From the human T2T-CHM13v2.0 reference genome, Homo sapiens, in the NCBI RefSeq assembly GCF_009914755.1, contig NC_060932.1: a stretch of DNA of 64,000 nt; one strand, 5' to 3'. Within the stretch, counting starts at the first letter, position 1, and each line of letters starts with the position of its first letter. A program made the position numbers and the translations under genes. Below are positions 12,569-25,969 of the stretch, in pieces. The notes below the pieces were generated by a model. That model worked only from the letters and a program-made list of their open reading frames with translations, was not told where the DNA came from and made no database searches.

Positions 12569-15401
12569 CAGGCATACCTCAGAGATATGACTGGTTCAGA
12601 TCCATACCACTACAATAAAGCAAATATCACAAAACATGTCACATGAATATTTTTTGTTTTCCCAGTACCTATAAAAGGTATGTTTACACTCTACTGTCAT
12701 CTATTAATTGTACAATAACATTATGTCTAAAAACACAATGTATATATCTTAATTTAAAAAATACTTTATTTTTAAAATTGTGAAGAATCATTTGTACCTT
12801 CAGCAAGTTCTGATGTTTTTGTTGGTAGGGGGTCTTGCCTCGATGTTGATGGCTGCTGACTGATCAGGGTGGTAGTTGCTGAAGGTGGGGGTGGGGATGG
12901 CTGTGGCGATTTCATAAAGTAAGACAACAGTGAAGTTTTCTGCATTGATTGACTCTTCCTTTCATGAAAGGTCTCTCTATAGAATGCAATGCTGTTTCAT
13001 AACGTTTTACCCACAGTAGAAATTTTTCAAAATTAGAGTCAATCCTCTCAAACTCTGCCACTGCTTTATCAATGATGTTTATGTAATATTCTTAAATCCT
13101 TTGTTGCCATTTCAACAGTGTTCACAGCATCTTAACCAGGAGTAGAATCTATCTCAATAAACCATTTTTTTTGGTCATCCATTGAACCAGCTCCTCATCC
13201 ATTGAAGTTTTATCATTAGATTGCAGCAATGCAGTCACATCTTCAGCTCCACTTCTAATTCTAGTTCTCTTGCTATTTCTACCACACCTGCAGTTGCTTC
13301 TTCCACCAAGGTCTTGAACTCCTCAAAATCATCCATGAGGGTTGGAATTAACTTCTTCCAAACTTGTGTTAATGTTGATATTTTGACCTCCTCCCATGAA
13401 TCATGAATGTTCTTAGTGGCATCTAGAATGACAAATCCTTTCCAGAAGGTCTTCAATTTACTTTTCCCAGGTATAGCCTTACAAAAGGCTGTAAGTATAT
13501 GCCAAAAAATTTACTTATAGTAAAAACTTACTATATACTCTATATTTTATAGTATATACTAAACATTTTATATTTCATAGAATAATAGTAATATAGTAGT
13601 AATTTTATAGTATATACTAAAATTTACTATTTACCATATATTTACTATTTACTTATAGTAAAAATTTACTGTAAGTAAATTTACTATACCTCTGGCAGTT
13701 ATAGCCTTACAAAATTTATTTCTTAAATAATAAGACTTGAAAATCAAAATTATTTCTTAATCTATGGGTTACGGAATGGATGTTGTGTCAGCAGACATGA
13801 AAACAGCATTAATCTCCTTGTATATCTCCATCAGAGTTCTTGAGTGACCACGTGGACTGTCAATGAGCAATAATATATTGAAATAAATATTTTTTTCTGA
13901 GCAGTAGGTTTCAACAGTGGGATTAAAATATTCAGCAAGCCATGATGTTAACTGATGTGCTATTATTAAGGCTTTGTGCTATTATTAAGGCTTTGTTGGT
14001 GCCACTTGCCATTTATGGAATATAGGTAGAGTAGATTTAGCATAATTCTTAAAGGTTTTAGGATTTTTGAAATGGTAAGTGAACATTGTCTTCAGCTTGA
14101 AGTTACCAGCTACATTAGTCCCTAACAAGCTAGTAAGCTTGTTCTTTGAAGCTTTGAAGCCAGGCATTGACTTTTCTTCTCTAGCTATGAAAGTCCTGGA
14201 GGGCATCATCTTCTAATATAAGGCTATTTCATCTACATTGAAATTCTATTGTTTAGTATGGCCATTTTCATCAATGATATTACTTAAATCTGGATAACCT
14301 GCTGGAGCTTCTACATCAACACTTGCTGCTTCACCTTGCATTTTTGTGTTACGGTGATGGCTTCTTGACTTAAACCTCATGAACCAACCTCTGCTAGCTT
14401 CAAACTTTCCTTCTGTAACTTCCTCAGCTCCCCAAGCCTTCATAGAATTGGAGAGAGTAAGGGACTTGCTCTAGATTAGGTTTTGGTTTAAGGGAATGTT
14501 CAGGCTGGTTTGATCATCTATCCAGACCACTACAACTTTCTCCATATCAGCAATAAGGTTGTTTCACTTTCTTATCATTTGTATGTTCACTGGAGTAGCA
14601 CTTTTAATTTCCTTCAAGAACATTTCCTGTGCATTAGAAACTTGGATAACTGTTTGGAGCAAGAGGCCTAGTTTTTGGCCTGTTTCAGCTTTCAACATGC
14701 CTTCTTCACTAAGCTTAATCATTTCTAGCTTTTAAAAAATAGTACACATGATCATTTAATACATTTATATAATTTATACGGATCAAATCATTGTACTTGG
14801 AATATCCATTACCTAAATATTTATCTTTTATTTATGCTAGAAACATTTAAATGTTTCTCTTCTAGCTACTTTGAAATGTATAAAAGTTTATTGTAAACTA
14901 TAGTCATGCTACTAATCTATCCAATAATACTATGGCTTATTTCCTCTATCAAACTGTGTATTTTTAACCTGTTAATCAACTTTAACTCAAAGGGAGAGAC
15001 CTGTGTCTCTTCTTTTCACTTGAACACTTAAAAGCCTTTGTAGGATTATTAATTGGCCCAATTTCAATGTTGTTGTGTCTCAGGGAAAAGTGAGGCCCAA
15101 GGACAGGCGGGACATGGGGAAGAGTCGATTGGTGGAGTAGCCAGACCACACACATTCAGCAATTAAATCTGCCATTTTATCACTGATCACAGATCACTAT
15201 AACTGACACCATAATAATAAAAGTGAAGTATTATGAGAATCACCAAAATGTGACACAGAGACACAAAATGAGCATATGCTCTTGGAAAAATGGCACCAGT
15301 ACATATGCTTGATGTGGGGTTGCCACAAATCTTCAATTTATAGAAAATCAGTTATTTGTGAAGCACAATAAAGCAAAGTTCAACAAAATGAGAAATGCTT
15401 G
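12569..15401 (-). mobile_element. Full-length Tigger1 (pogo-like) DNA transposon, decayed
   Basis: TA+caggcatacctc left end and aaaatgagaaatgcttg+TA right end. Minus-strand ORF pieces match Tigger1 transposase ([12 protein letters not shown]; [21 protein letters not shown]; [30 protein letters not shown]). Confidence 0.95.
14735..14980 (-). mobile_element. L1MA 3' fragment nested in Tigger1
   Basis: tcttctagctactttgaaatgta...aactgtgtatttttaacc...aatcaac interrupts otherwise contiguous Tigger1 sequence (catttctagctttt | aaagggagagac). Confidence 0.8.
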
Positions 15402-16964
15402 TATTCTTATAAAAGTCCAAATTTGTTTATCCCTAAATATCCATCTGTTAGTTTTTGTAAGAAAAGGGATGAGTAAATAGCTAATAATCACATGACTCTG
15501 TAAAGTATAGGAAGCATGCTTAGAAATCCTATTAGAATTATGTATTAATATAACTTTCACAATTTTTTCCTGAATCATACAAAATCCTATGCATATTATT
15601 CTATTGATGATATAAATGCTTTTAAAAATTTATCGAGATATATTAACTCAAGCAAGCCATGCATATAAATGAATAGTGGTCTATTTCTGAATAATTCCTT
15701 GAAAATAAAGTAGTATGGTATGTTTATTCTTTGTTCCAAATGATTGATACACTTTCTCTATAGAAAGTGAGATTATTAACATTTATATATATTCAGTTAT
15801 TTAAATTCTGCTAAGGTGATGCTTAAGTATAAAGATATTTTTTAACATGATTTAAGCCTTCCCAATGCCATATACTGTAAATAATCAGATATTATTAAAC
15901 TAACATTTATACTACAATTTTGGAAGGGTATTTTCCCACTAGGTAAATTACCATAAATCTAGTAGTTTGGAAACATGGTGCCTTATAAAAAGAGAGCAAC
16001 CACAATGTTTTGCTTGGTGTCACATTTTACATTGAACACATTATCTGAGTGTTTTAATCTGCCACATTATTTTTAAAAACAGACAAACTAGAAGGGGATA
16101 ATGAAAAATGTCTATTGGTATCTGGCTAAATTCACATTAAAGTAGAACTCAAGAATTCCAATTTTCTTTCCCTTAATTTGTGTTAAAATGTGGGTTTTCT
16201 CTTAAATATACAGGCCATGGGATAGACATTGCTTTTAGCTAGTCTTCCTTGGCCCCATCAAATGGTCAAATAGAACATTTGCATCTTTACCAGTTTACCT
16301 CCCCTACCTTTGGGATTCCCCATGGCAGGTTCTACACAGTTTTCTTCACAACAACTGTGAACTTCTGGCATCCCAGCCTAGACCTTGTGCTTGAATCTCT
16401 GCAGGATAACATGTAACTAATTCCTCCTACTCTCATTAAACCAGCTTCTCTACACACAAGACAAGCAAATGGATTTATCTATCTATGATCCAAGCCTCAG
16501 AGCTTTCAAACAAGCTGTTTTGGTGCCAAATCAAAGAAAACTCAGCAGAGATAAAATAGCAAACTTCCCTTGCATAATTTCTGCCCCTCCCCAGTTGCCA
16601 AATGCACTGAATCATGCTACTATTACCCAAAGCACAAAGCCTGAGGGTAAATATTAACAAGTGCTGAATTTTTCCTCTTCAATATTTCCATTGTGCATTT
16701 CTTCCTCTCCACCTTTATCATTTAAAGTGTGATTATCTCCCATCTTGATTATTATATTTTACTTTCAAAAAAATCAAATTCCAGCATCAAACAATTATTA
16801 CTAATTATTGGTCTTTTCCCTTCCTTTCAGAAAACATGCCATCCTTTACTTAAGGATCTTGCAATGTTTGCAGTTACACTTTTAAATGAGCTCCACCTTT
16901 CTAAAAGTAGGCAAGATATAGCGAAGTGTGATTATACGAAGATAGGTTTGTGAAAGAAGTTATT

Positions 16965-17440
16965 ACATCAAATTGGTCAAGAATCTTCCAACTGCAAGTG
17001 ACAGATAAAAATAATACTTTCCTAAATTAAAAAAAAATCATGCATGGCTAGATCTAGATCCAGGGGCTCAAATAATATCAGCTGAACTTCTATCCATCTT
17101 TCAGTTTGGCTTCTGTGTTGGCTCAAGTCTCAGAAAGGCTTTTTTTTTTCCCTGGTGGTTGCCAAGAGTTTTAACTTACAATCTATCTTTTTAGAATTCT
17201 ACCCAATGATTTAAACAAATGTCATAAAACTGTGTCTCATTGTCTTTTACTGGGATACAGGCTTATTCCTGAGCAGGGACAGGAGACCTGGGGGCTCTAG
17301 TTGGCCATATCTTGGTGACGTGCCATCCCTTGGATCTAAGGGTAGAGCCAACTCCCTAAAACCACATGGACTAGAGTGGAGAAAGGGGGACTTGAAAAAA
17401 TTAGCGGACATTTTGAGAATCCCAAACCAACAAATGTGAA
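16965..17440 (-). mobile_element. Old MLT1-type MaLR LTR
   Basis: tgcaagtgacaga, gatccaggggctcaaataat, aaaccacatggact motifs; highly diverged. Confidence 0.55.
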
Positions 17441-18179
17441 GTAAATATGACATGAGGAAAAATATATGGGTATGTCAATAAGGAGTATATGTGTAATATA
17501 AACAAATAATCATGAAGCTCAGTACATCATGATATAATATTGGAAATGCTTTACATTAGGCAGTAATAATTAATTATTCCTTATTTTTTTCAAATACATA
17601 ATATTTAGGGCTACCTAGAGAACTATCAAAGAGTAGATGAAATAATTTTGCATCAGGCTCTCTTTATAAGTGTTTGATTTTTTTTTCCAGGAATGAGTGA
17701 CTTTATTTTCTTTAGAAATGTATTCAAAAATATCCATGATTCCTCAAAGGCCCAAGCTCATTCACAGTAAGTCTCACAATGTCCAAACTCTTCACTATTA
17801 TACATTTTCTGCTGTCCACTTATAAATATTTTTCAAAATAGTCACAAATAGGATACTCAGGTGCTTAATACATGCACTAATAACAAGGAACTTAATGAAA
17901 CATGGGTTACAAAGATAATGAGTACAGTCTATAATTTATACCCCTTTCAGTTGTATTTTGCTGCCTCTAAGCTAACAGCGATTAAAGTTCACAGTTTCAT
18001 GCAGCAGCTGCTTTTGCTGAAGTGGGGTATAATCAGCATAGTTATCATTAGGGTGCACTGAGGGACACAGCTATTCTTGTTGAAGAGCAGCACTCTAGAC
18101 ACAGAAACAATCTGCATTTTGTAGACAGAGAAATGGATTATGAGTGGTGATTGGTGACCAAGAAGTATCCAGATTAATA

Positions 18180-18305
18180 TAGGAAGAAGAAGACTAATTT
18201 GTAAGTCCAGAGACTTGACTTCTGGTCATAATTTATTAATTTGCTATGTGACATTAGCTAAGCATTTCACCTATCTGGGCTTCAGTTTTCTCATTTTTAA
18301 AATGT
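18180..18305 (+). mobile_element. MIR SINE
   Basis: Core tgtgacattagctaagcatttcacctatctgggcttcagttttctcatt. Confidence 0.7.
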
Positions 18306-18719
18306 GTATATACATGTGTGTGTGCCTTCCATTTTCTAAATTCACTTTGATGTGCTGAGATTCTATAATCTACCTGGAGGAGAGAAAAAAGGCACATAGA
18401 TTAGACAAGCACTTTTGAGAACCTGGACCATTTGCATCAAGGCTAGTAGCTGTGCTCATAATAGAAGTACTATAGAAAGATACCATGCTTGGGAGAAAAA
18501 TGGCATCGGCAACAACAGAAACCAGAATCTCCAAGATGACACATGCCCCAACATAAGGGGAGAGCTGAACAGAGTTGGAGAAGGCTGGGCAATTTTATGG
18601 CCACCCAAGAAATCCCTTTGCAAGAAACTAAATAGTTCCTTACTACTACTCCCCCTTCCTATTATGATGATTGTAGCCAAGGGGCTCTCTGACTTCACTT
18701 ATTGAACCAGCAGTGGGCT

Positions 18720-19085
18720 CTTGAGCCAGAGTGGACTAGTGAAGCTTTTGATCAGGGATTTGGATTTGGCAGGTAAATAACAAGTAATTTTCTCTTAAAC
18801 GGATGAACTTATAACCTCTGGGAGTTGTTAATGGTCATGACTTCTACCACATGGTCAAGAGAAGGGAGAGAAAACAGAGTAGAGAGAAGGACAAAGTGGA
18901 TATTCAGAAATATGAATAGGTGAGAGACAGAGAATTCTGTTGGCTTTGAAGTTTCTCTTCCAGTTCTTCCTGAGACCAGCAGCATTCCTGTCCTTGAGTT
19001 ATATAAGGCATCCTAGTATTATTTTGAATTATTATTAAGGAAGTTTTTTCTTTAGTTAATTTGAATTAGTTCTAATTAATACAAG
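18720..19085 (+). mobile_element. Old MLT1-type LTR (tentative)
   Basis: ccagttcttcctgagaccagc and a terminal ...taataca; diverged. Confidence 0.4.
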
Positions 19086-19194
19086 CTGGTGGGAGACGGA
19101 ACCTTTTTTTCTAGTGGTAATTTAAGCTTTTTAATATTTCCTTTAACTCTTGGTGTTGGTGTTTCTGTTGATGAATCATACAGTAGATACTAGG

Positions 19195-19410
19195 TACTAC
19201 ACGTAGATTATTTCTTTAATGCCCCCCAAAATTCTATGAAGTGGACAATATTATCTCTTTTATGCAGAAGATTAAAGTGAGGTTTAGAAAAGTTACCTAA
19301 TTCACCCTGAGCTAGATGGCTATTAAGTGGTGAGGCTACTTTCTAGTGGGCTTACATTAATTGGATTCTAACTCTGATCAGTTATCTCAGGCCCATGCTT
19401 TTAATTACTA
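19195..19410 (-). mobile_element. MIR SINE
   Basis: tattatctcttttatgcaga...gaggtttagaaaagttac. Confidence 0.6.
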
Positions 19411-20744
19411 TTTCATAAGATTAAATAAGGTGTGAATTGGTAGTGGGAAATTCAAGGTGAAGAGAATGTATCAAATGCTGATTTTTCCTAATATTTGCAA
19501 GTTTTCAAAAAAGGAAATCAATATTGTTCTAAGTCAAGAATGGAGACAAAAGAAGAGAGTGGTTGACTTTTAGGGGAGCTTGGTATCAAAATAAATCTAT
19601 CTTGTTATGTCAGATTCTGTAATTCTAACCATTGCAGCCCTTATGGAGTTGTTTAAAAAAGGAAATTATGTAAGGGTTAGTTCATTTAGAAATGCAGTCT
19701 GTGCCTCATTTAGCTGGTATTTACAGTGCCAGAAGTCAAAAGCTACCACTTCAAGAGTTAGTGGATTCTCCCTCAATGAATTTCTCCCAGTCTGCAGGGC
19801 CTTATAACTCTTTCAAGTCTAGCTGTGTTGCCTTCACAAGTATTTTAAATGACAAACATCCAGTTGGCCACAAACACATTCTTGTACAATTCCTTCATTG
19901 ATGTACTCTTAACAGTTAACCAAACTGTTAACTTACTTTTAAACAAAACGGAATATTTGAAATGTCTGACTGCTTCCTATCAGTATAAAAATGTAAGTTT
20001 GGACAACAGCTGCAATTCGTTTCAGTAAGGATTAAGTTTTGCCCAAAGAAGGGGAAAAAAGTTGTCTATAACAAGAGAAGAATAATGTTCTCAATGGAAA
20101 GAAACAAATATACCCACAGCTTTTTTAATGTTGGTTAACATAAAAATGGTTTTGAAGAATAAATGAGAAACATTCTTTCTATTAAATTCATCTTATTTCC
20201 AGATGATGAGTAGCATCAGACCATAACTATTGTAAAAGTATTAAAGAAAATGGGAGATAAGATTTGAAGTACATTACAAAAATTCAACAGCATTCACTAT
20301 ACAATGGTTGGTCAAACATTATAAAATGTCACAGTTGCTTTATAAAGAATGAGAAAAGTATGCCTTTGAGGTCTTTTCTCACTGAAAGCCCTTACAATTT
20401 TTCCTCATGAATGAACTAATTGGTATCTTTTCAACTGACTAACGTTATATCACAATATTAAATAGATGTAAAGGATTTTATAAGCACTCATAAACCACCA
20501 CAGCAGCCTAACAACTCTCTCAAATATGCACAATATTGTACCAGTAAATATGAAGGAAGCTCCTACAGCCACTGGTCAAACTTCTTAGGGCTAATGTCTT
20601 GGCTAAGTCATGGATTACAAGGTCAATCATTGCTTTTTACATTCAGAACTGAGCATTCTCAGCCCATCTAGCAAGGATCACTTCCTTAATAGCCAACTTG
20701 TTCATTAAATCATCCAATTAGTGTTTCCGGAAGTAAAGCACATA

Positions 20745-20960
20745 GGATGAGAGAAGTAATTTCAGAGCCAGCTGGCCAGTGTGAATCCAGTATGAAGCCA
20801 GCTCTCCCACTTGGGCAAATGGCTTAACCATCTTGTGGTTCAGATTGATAATCATGCAAATGGAGATAAGTACTAATTCCAACCTCATAGGAACATTATA
20901 AGAAAAATATTAATAATTAGAAGACCTGTAGCATTGTAGTAAGCACTACGTAATTGTTCA
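20745..20960 (+). mobile_element. MIR SINE
   Basis: cttgggcaaatggcttaacc...aaatggagataa...acctcatagg. Confidence 0.65.
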
Positions 20961-20974
20961 ATATAAAAGTAAAA

Positions 20975-21450
20975 CTCACTCATTCGTTCCAGCAGTATTG
21001 ATTATGTGCCTGCCAAAGGTTAATCACCATGGCTTGCTTGAGATAGGTAACGTACCTGCTCTCATGAAGCTTCCATTCTGGTTAGAGAAGGAAGATAATT
21101 TGAAATGTAAATAATTAAATAGACATCGTTTTTCTAGGTACTGATAAATTTTATGAAGAAAATAAACTGAATGATGAAATGGAGAAGATTTGAGGTGGGG
21201 TGGGAGCAGAATTGAACAGAGATAGTATCTTTAATATTTGAACCAGGGCCTGAGGATGAGAAGGAAATAGCCAGGAAAATCACAGAAGGGAGAGTGGGAA
21301 GAATGAGGCAGGATAATCTCGGATGTCCAGAGCTTTGTTGTGGAGGAAGGGTATAGTAAGAGGCTGAAGGGCCCAGCAAGGAACTGATGATATAAGACCT
21401 GGTAGGTCATGCTAAGAAGTTTGTGTTTTATTTTGAATTTCAATGAGAAT
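20975..21450 (-). mobile_element. L2 fragment
   Basis: cactcattcgttccagcagtattg...cctgctctcatgaagctt...gtaggtcatgctaagaagttt. Confidence 0.65.
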
Positions 21451-21982
21451 GTATTTCTATTATGGCTTTTTTGGGTACCCAAATTTGGGTAAAGAAATTT
21501 TACTTAAACAAGCAAAAAATTTTGTTGCATGTGACCAAAAATTAGTGAAGAAAAAAATCTGGTCCAGGCAGAGCTAGATCCAGACTTTGAGTAATAATTT
21601 CAGGATAGTTTTTGTTTCTCTACATATTTACTTTCTCTCTCTCATATTTTGGTTCTACTCTCAGGCAAGCTTTTACCTTAACATGGGAAAGATGACTACT
21701 AGCATGTCCACACTAACACCTGTTTTCCATGCAAAAACAATTCCCTAGGATAACCCTTATTGTTCTACGCTATCACAAACTCACTTGGGAACCAAGAACT
21801 TTGACTCTGATCCACTGTGCCTCGTTGACTTGCCCACCCCAGAGCTAGAGGGTGGAATCAGCCTCATAAAAACCTCTCAGGAACGAACACAGATGGTGGA
21901 TTTCCCGAAGAAAAGCTACAGAGCTCCAAGCAGAACAAGAGGGGATGAATTCTGTGCAGGCAATCACAAAATATTTTTATCA
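21451..21982 (-). mobile_element. Old MLT1-type LTR, apparently inserted in L2
   Basis: gctagatccag, aagatgactactagc, gagctagagggtggaatcagcc, aggggatgaattctgtgcaggca. Confidence 0.5.
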
Positions 21983-22455
21983 GATATTTGAAGAATTTTT
22001 AACAAAATAAATGATACACTCTTGGATACATTTATGAGGTACAATCTTTTTGATCCATAATTTATTCATCCAGAAATATATTTTTCTTATTATTCTATAA
22101 CTCAAAGTAGATTTTCTATTTAGCTGCCAATTTTTCTGACTGCATAAAATATAATTTTAATGCCAAGTAAACTCAAATTAGGAATTTTCTCATTCATGTC
22201 AGTCCTCTCTTTTTACCTGAAATGATCTGCCATCCAGTGAGCTTTTGTAACACTATGTATTTATGAGGCTGGGTTTGAAGTATCAGGGATATGGCCCAAG
22301 CTCCTCATGTGTCCATGCTAGCATCCACTCAAATGTACCTCATCCCTACCCTACATTTTGGCATCCATCTTCACTGGCATTCTGTGGAGAGGCAAGTTCT
22401 TATTTGATGTGCGTCAGTCCGTGCACACAGGATCCTCTTGGACTCTCAGAGGAGT

Positions 22456-22803
22456 TGTGTTAGTCCATTCTCACACTGCTATAAAGAACTGCCCAAGACT
22501 GAGTAGTTTATAAAGAAAAGGAGTTTAATTGACTCCCAGTTCCACATGGCTGGGAGACCTCAGGAAACTTACAAGCATGGCAGAAGGGGAATCAGGCACT
22601 TCTAACATGGCGGCAAGCAAGAGAGAGCAAAGGCGGAACTGCCAAATACTTATAAAACCATCAAATCTCATGAAAATTCATGAGACAGCATGGGAGAAAC
22701 TGACCCCATGATCCAATCATCTTCTACCAGGTGCCTCCCTCAACAAATGGGGATCACAATTCGAGATGAGATTTGGATGGAGACACAAAGGCAAATCATA
22801 TTT
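22456..22803 (-). mobile_element. THE1D/MSTA-like solo LTR
   Basis: tgtgttagtccattctcacactgctataaagaactgccc...gagatgagatttgg; perfect TSD ggagt at 22451-22455 and 22804-22808. Confidence 0.9.
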
Positions 22804-23584
22804 GGAGTCAAACCTCTCTAGGGTATTTCTGCACCCCTTCTAAGAATTTGAGAAACTTCCTGATTCTCTGCTATATAATCAAAACTTGGAAGGCCGCATA
22901 CATCCCTTCTGCCTAGACATCAAGGTATTGTGTCTTCTCTTCCACTGCCAATCGCCCCTGAGTGTGAGGCTCTCAGAAAGGCTTCCTGCCTCCTTAGGCT
23001 CACTTAGAGACTAGGCACATTTAATGTACTCTCCTATTATTCTAAACCTCTTTTAGAGTGAGGACAATCTGGAGAAGATGGCGTAAAGCCCCTACCCGAC
23101 CTATACTCCTGTTGCTCTCTTCTTAGGCTTTTCTTCTCCCTCCTCAGCTTTTTCTTTTTAATTAACTTCAGGTTAGAAAAATTGACTCTCATATACATTC
23201 TTCTCATTTCTATTGTTTTTATACAATAAGTTGGATTTTGGTCAACCAAAGCTAGGCTTCAAGAACTCAAAAAACCTTGATCATATATATCTTTTGCTTA
23301 GTATTTTAAGGTCTACTTTTTGAGAATTTACTTTTTTTTCCTGTTCTGTGTGACATCCCTTCTCCAGAGCACTGAGCCCAATCCACACTAGCTGATCTCT
23401 GATTGTCCCTCTACAGATAAAACTACTGCGTGCTTATGATCCATTGTCAATCAAGTGATGGATGGTCATTGATAAGGTTAGTTTATCTGAACCTTGTTTT
23501 ATAGGTGACCACTCTCATCTTGTTTATATCTTTTTCCTAAAATGGAACTTCCAAGATTTCTTCTAATCAATGAAATGACTCTAA

Positions 23585-23995
23585 AATTCAGTTTTTTGTT
23601 GTAAGCAACAAAAAAATCTACTCTGGCTACTTAAAGCAAAAGAGATTCACTTGGATCACACTTGAGGATTACAGAGGAATGACATTCAACAGGAATTTAG
23701 GTAGCATGTCACCACTGCAGTGATAAACAATAAGCTCTAACCGTGACTCACATGCTTTATCATTCTGGTCCAGGGAGAAAGTATCTCATTTTTCTGGCCC
23801 AGATCACAGTCTACTGACTCTGTGCGCAGGAACACGGTGAGGGAGGATCTGACCCCAAGACTGTGATAGGAAGCAGATGCTACTTCCCACTGAGACTACA
23901 TATAATGAGGAAAGGACGACATCTTTGACAGAAACCAAGGAGGGATTAGGAAGGAGGAGACCTCCTAGATAGATGAAAAATGACATAGATCCACT
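23585..23995 (-). mobile_element. Old MLT1-type LTR (tentative)
   Basis: gttgtaagcaacaaaaaaatctactctggctacttaaagcaaaag resembles the reverse complement of an MLT1 3' end. Confidence 0.5.
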
Positions 23996-24472
23996 AACAA
24001 TTCTATGATTCTATATTTTATATATAATAGTGCTTCAGGCTAGAGAAATCTCTAAGGTGGTATTGAGAATATTACTGTAGCCTCTTTCTGAAGATTAATA
24101 ACAGAAAAATAATCTCCATACTATTCCTTCCATTAAAAGCAAACTTCTTAGAAAATTTACTTAATGCCTTCTCCTATACAAAACTTTAGTTTTGTTATAA
24201 GGGAAAAGGACATAACATTGTTATTCGGTTCCTCTGCTGACCTGAATGGATCATTATTTTCTATTAACAAATAGAAAATAAACAAAATGTTAGACCCAAC
24301 AGAAGAAACCTGACTTTGAGAAGAGTCACAAGATACAGAAAAAGTAGGGTAAGAAAGGTGAATGAAAGACAATCTGGAGAATGAGAAGGAAAAGCAGAGA
24401 ATTGCATTTATAATAATGCCTTAGCAAACAGCTTTAAATAGAAAACACAAAATGAATCACTATGACAACTGG

Positions 24473-24475
<3 letters not shown>

Positions 24476-24521
<46 letters not shown>
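24476..24521. repeat. (TC)23 microsatellite
   Basis: Perfect dinucleotide run. Confidence 0.95.
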
Positions 24522-24524
<3 letters not shown>

Positions 24525-25599
24525 CTCCTTCTAAGCCTTTCTGCTTCCCTTGCTACCTCTCTCTCCCTTTCTTCTTTTATTTTTGACATCAATACCAGAT
24601 CCCTGCTATCTGCTACTGGCAAAAGACTTGCAAGCTAACATCACCAATCTTGATTACACAACTCACCCAAAGTGATCACTTCAAAAGATTAAACAATTCA
24701 TCAAAAATAAAAATACTACACAGAATTTCCTGCTTTTTTTTGTTTTTACTTAAAGCTTCTATAAACACCTTTACTTTCTTCTTTGTATGTAATTGTAAGC
24801 ATTTCCCATACAATGCTGACTTATAGCTTTGGCTCTTTGTCATAACAACATGGTAAATAATCATAACATGCTTTGAAAATGTATAGGTTTGTGTAAATCT
24901 AAACTACGATTCTATGTAAGCTTGCCCACAAATGTGTTTTCACTAAATCTGGACTGCCTACACCCAATGGTGAGAAACATGTAGAACTCTGTTTCCCTAG
25001 CTAATGATTTCTTTAACAGAAGAGCCCTTTAGATCTTAGATGGATATAGACCAACAAATTTATTCACTCAGCTCAGTAACTATCATATAGGTATGCCATT
25101 TGATTGACTGCATTTGATAGGATAACTTAAGATATATGGCTTTTAATAAAAATAAAATATTTATATTAATATTTTATATTAAATGATAATATATTTTTAA
25201 TAAAGTTAAAATTATCACCATTATCTTCAATATGTATTGAATGCTGCTTGCCAACCATGATGCCCAGCACTTTAGTTTCATTCAGTCTTGATAACCATCA
25301 TATGTGATTATACATAGTTATTTATTGAGATATATATATATATGTTATCTCCATTTCAGAGGTGTCATGAATAGCTAATGAATAGTAAATGGTACACCAA
25401 GGTTTCAAACTGAACTTATTCAAGAGCCCATTAGGCATTAATTAACCCTGAAATCGATGGGCTGGAGTGTGCATTGAGCAAAGATGTTTTATCAAATTTA
25501 GTTTTGTAATCAGTACTTAAACTCATGAGACTTGTGTTAGTGCTCCATTGTTGAGTTGATTTGTTGGAAGAAGAATTTTTGCTAAGCTCACCAAGGCAC

Positions 25600-25760
25600 C
25601 CTTAGTAGATTACCCTGTTTTACTTTCCTCACAGAACTTCTCCTATCTGAATATAAGTTGAAGACAGGAAGGACTTTGCTTATCTTGTTAGTGCTGTTTT
25701 TCCAACAACTTAGATTGCCTAACCCTTAACAAGTGCTCAATGGATATTTGTTGAATGTTG
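25600..25760 (+). mobile_element. L2 3' end
   Basis: aagtgctcaatggatatttgttgaatg terminus. Confidence 0.6.
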
Positions 25761-25969
25761 AACTTGCATGAGCCACTGGCTTGGGCACACTTGTCTTTGA
25801 GAATTTAAGGGGACAACATACAAAGACGATTAAAAATATGAGCTCATAGTCTGGCAGCCCAGGTTAAAAATGATGTAAATTTTAATTATTTATCTGTAGT
25901 CTCTTATGTTTTTCATGAAAATATAATCCTTTTGTTTGCTTTGATTTCAATGCTTATATGTTTTGTTTC

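Noticed and set aside
13235-14443. Transposase-like ORFs as a domesticated TIGD-type gene
   Set aside because: Broken by stops, frameshifts and insertions; an ordinary decayed Tigger1
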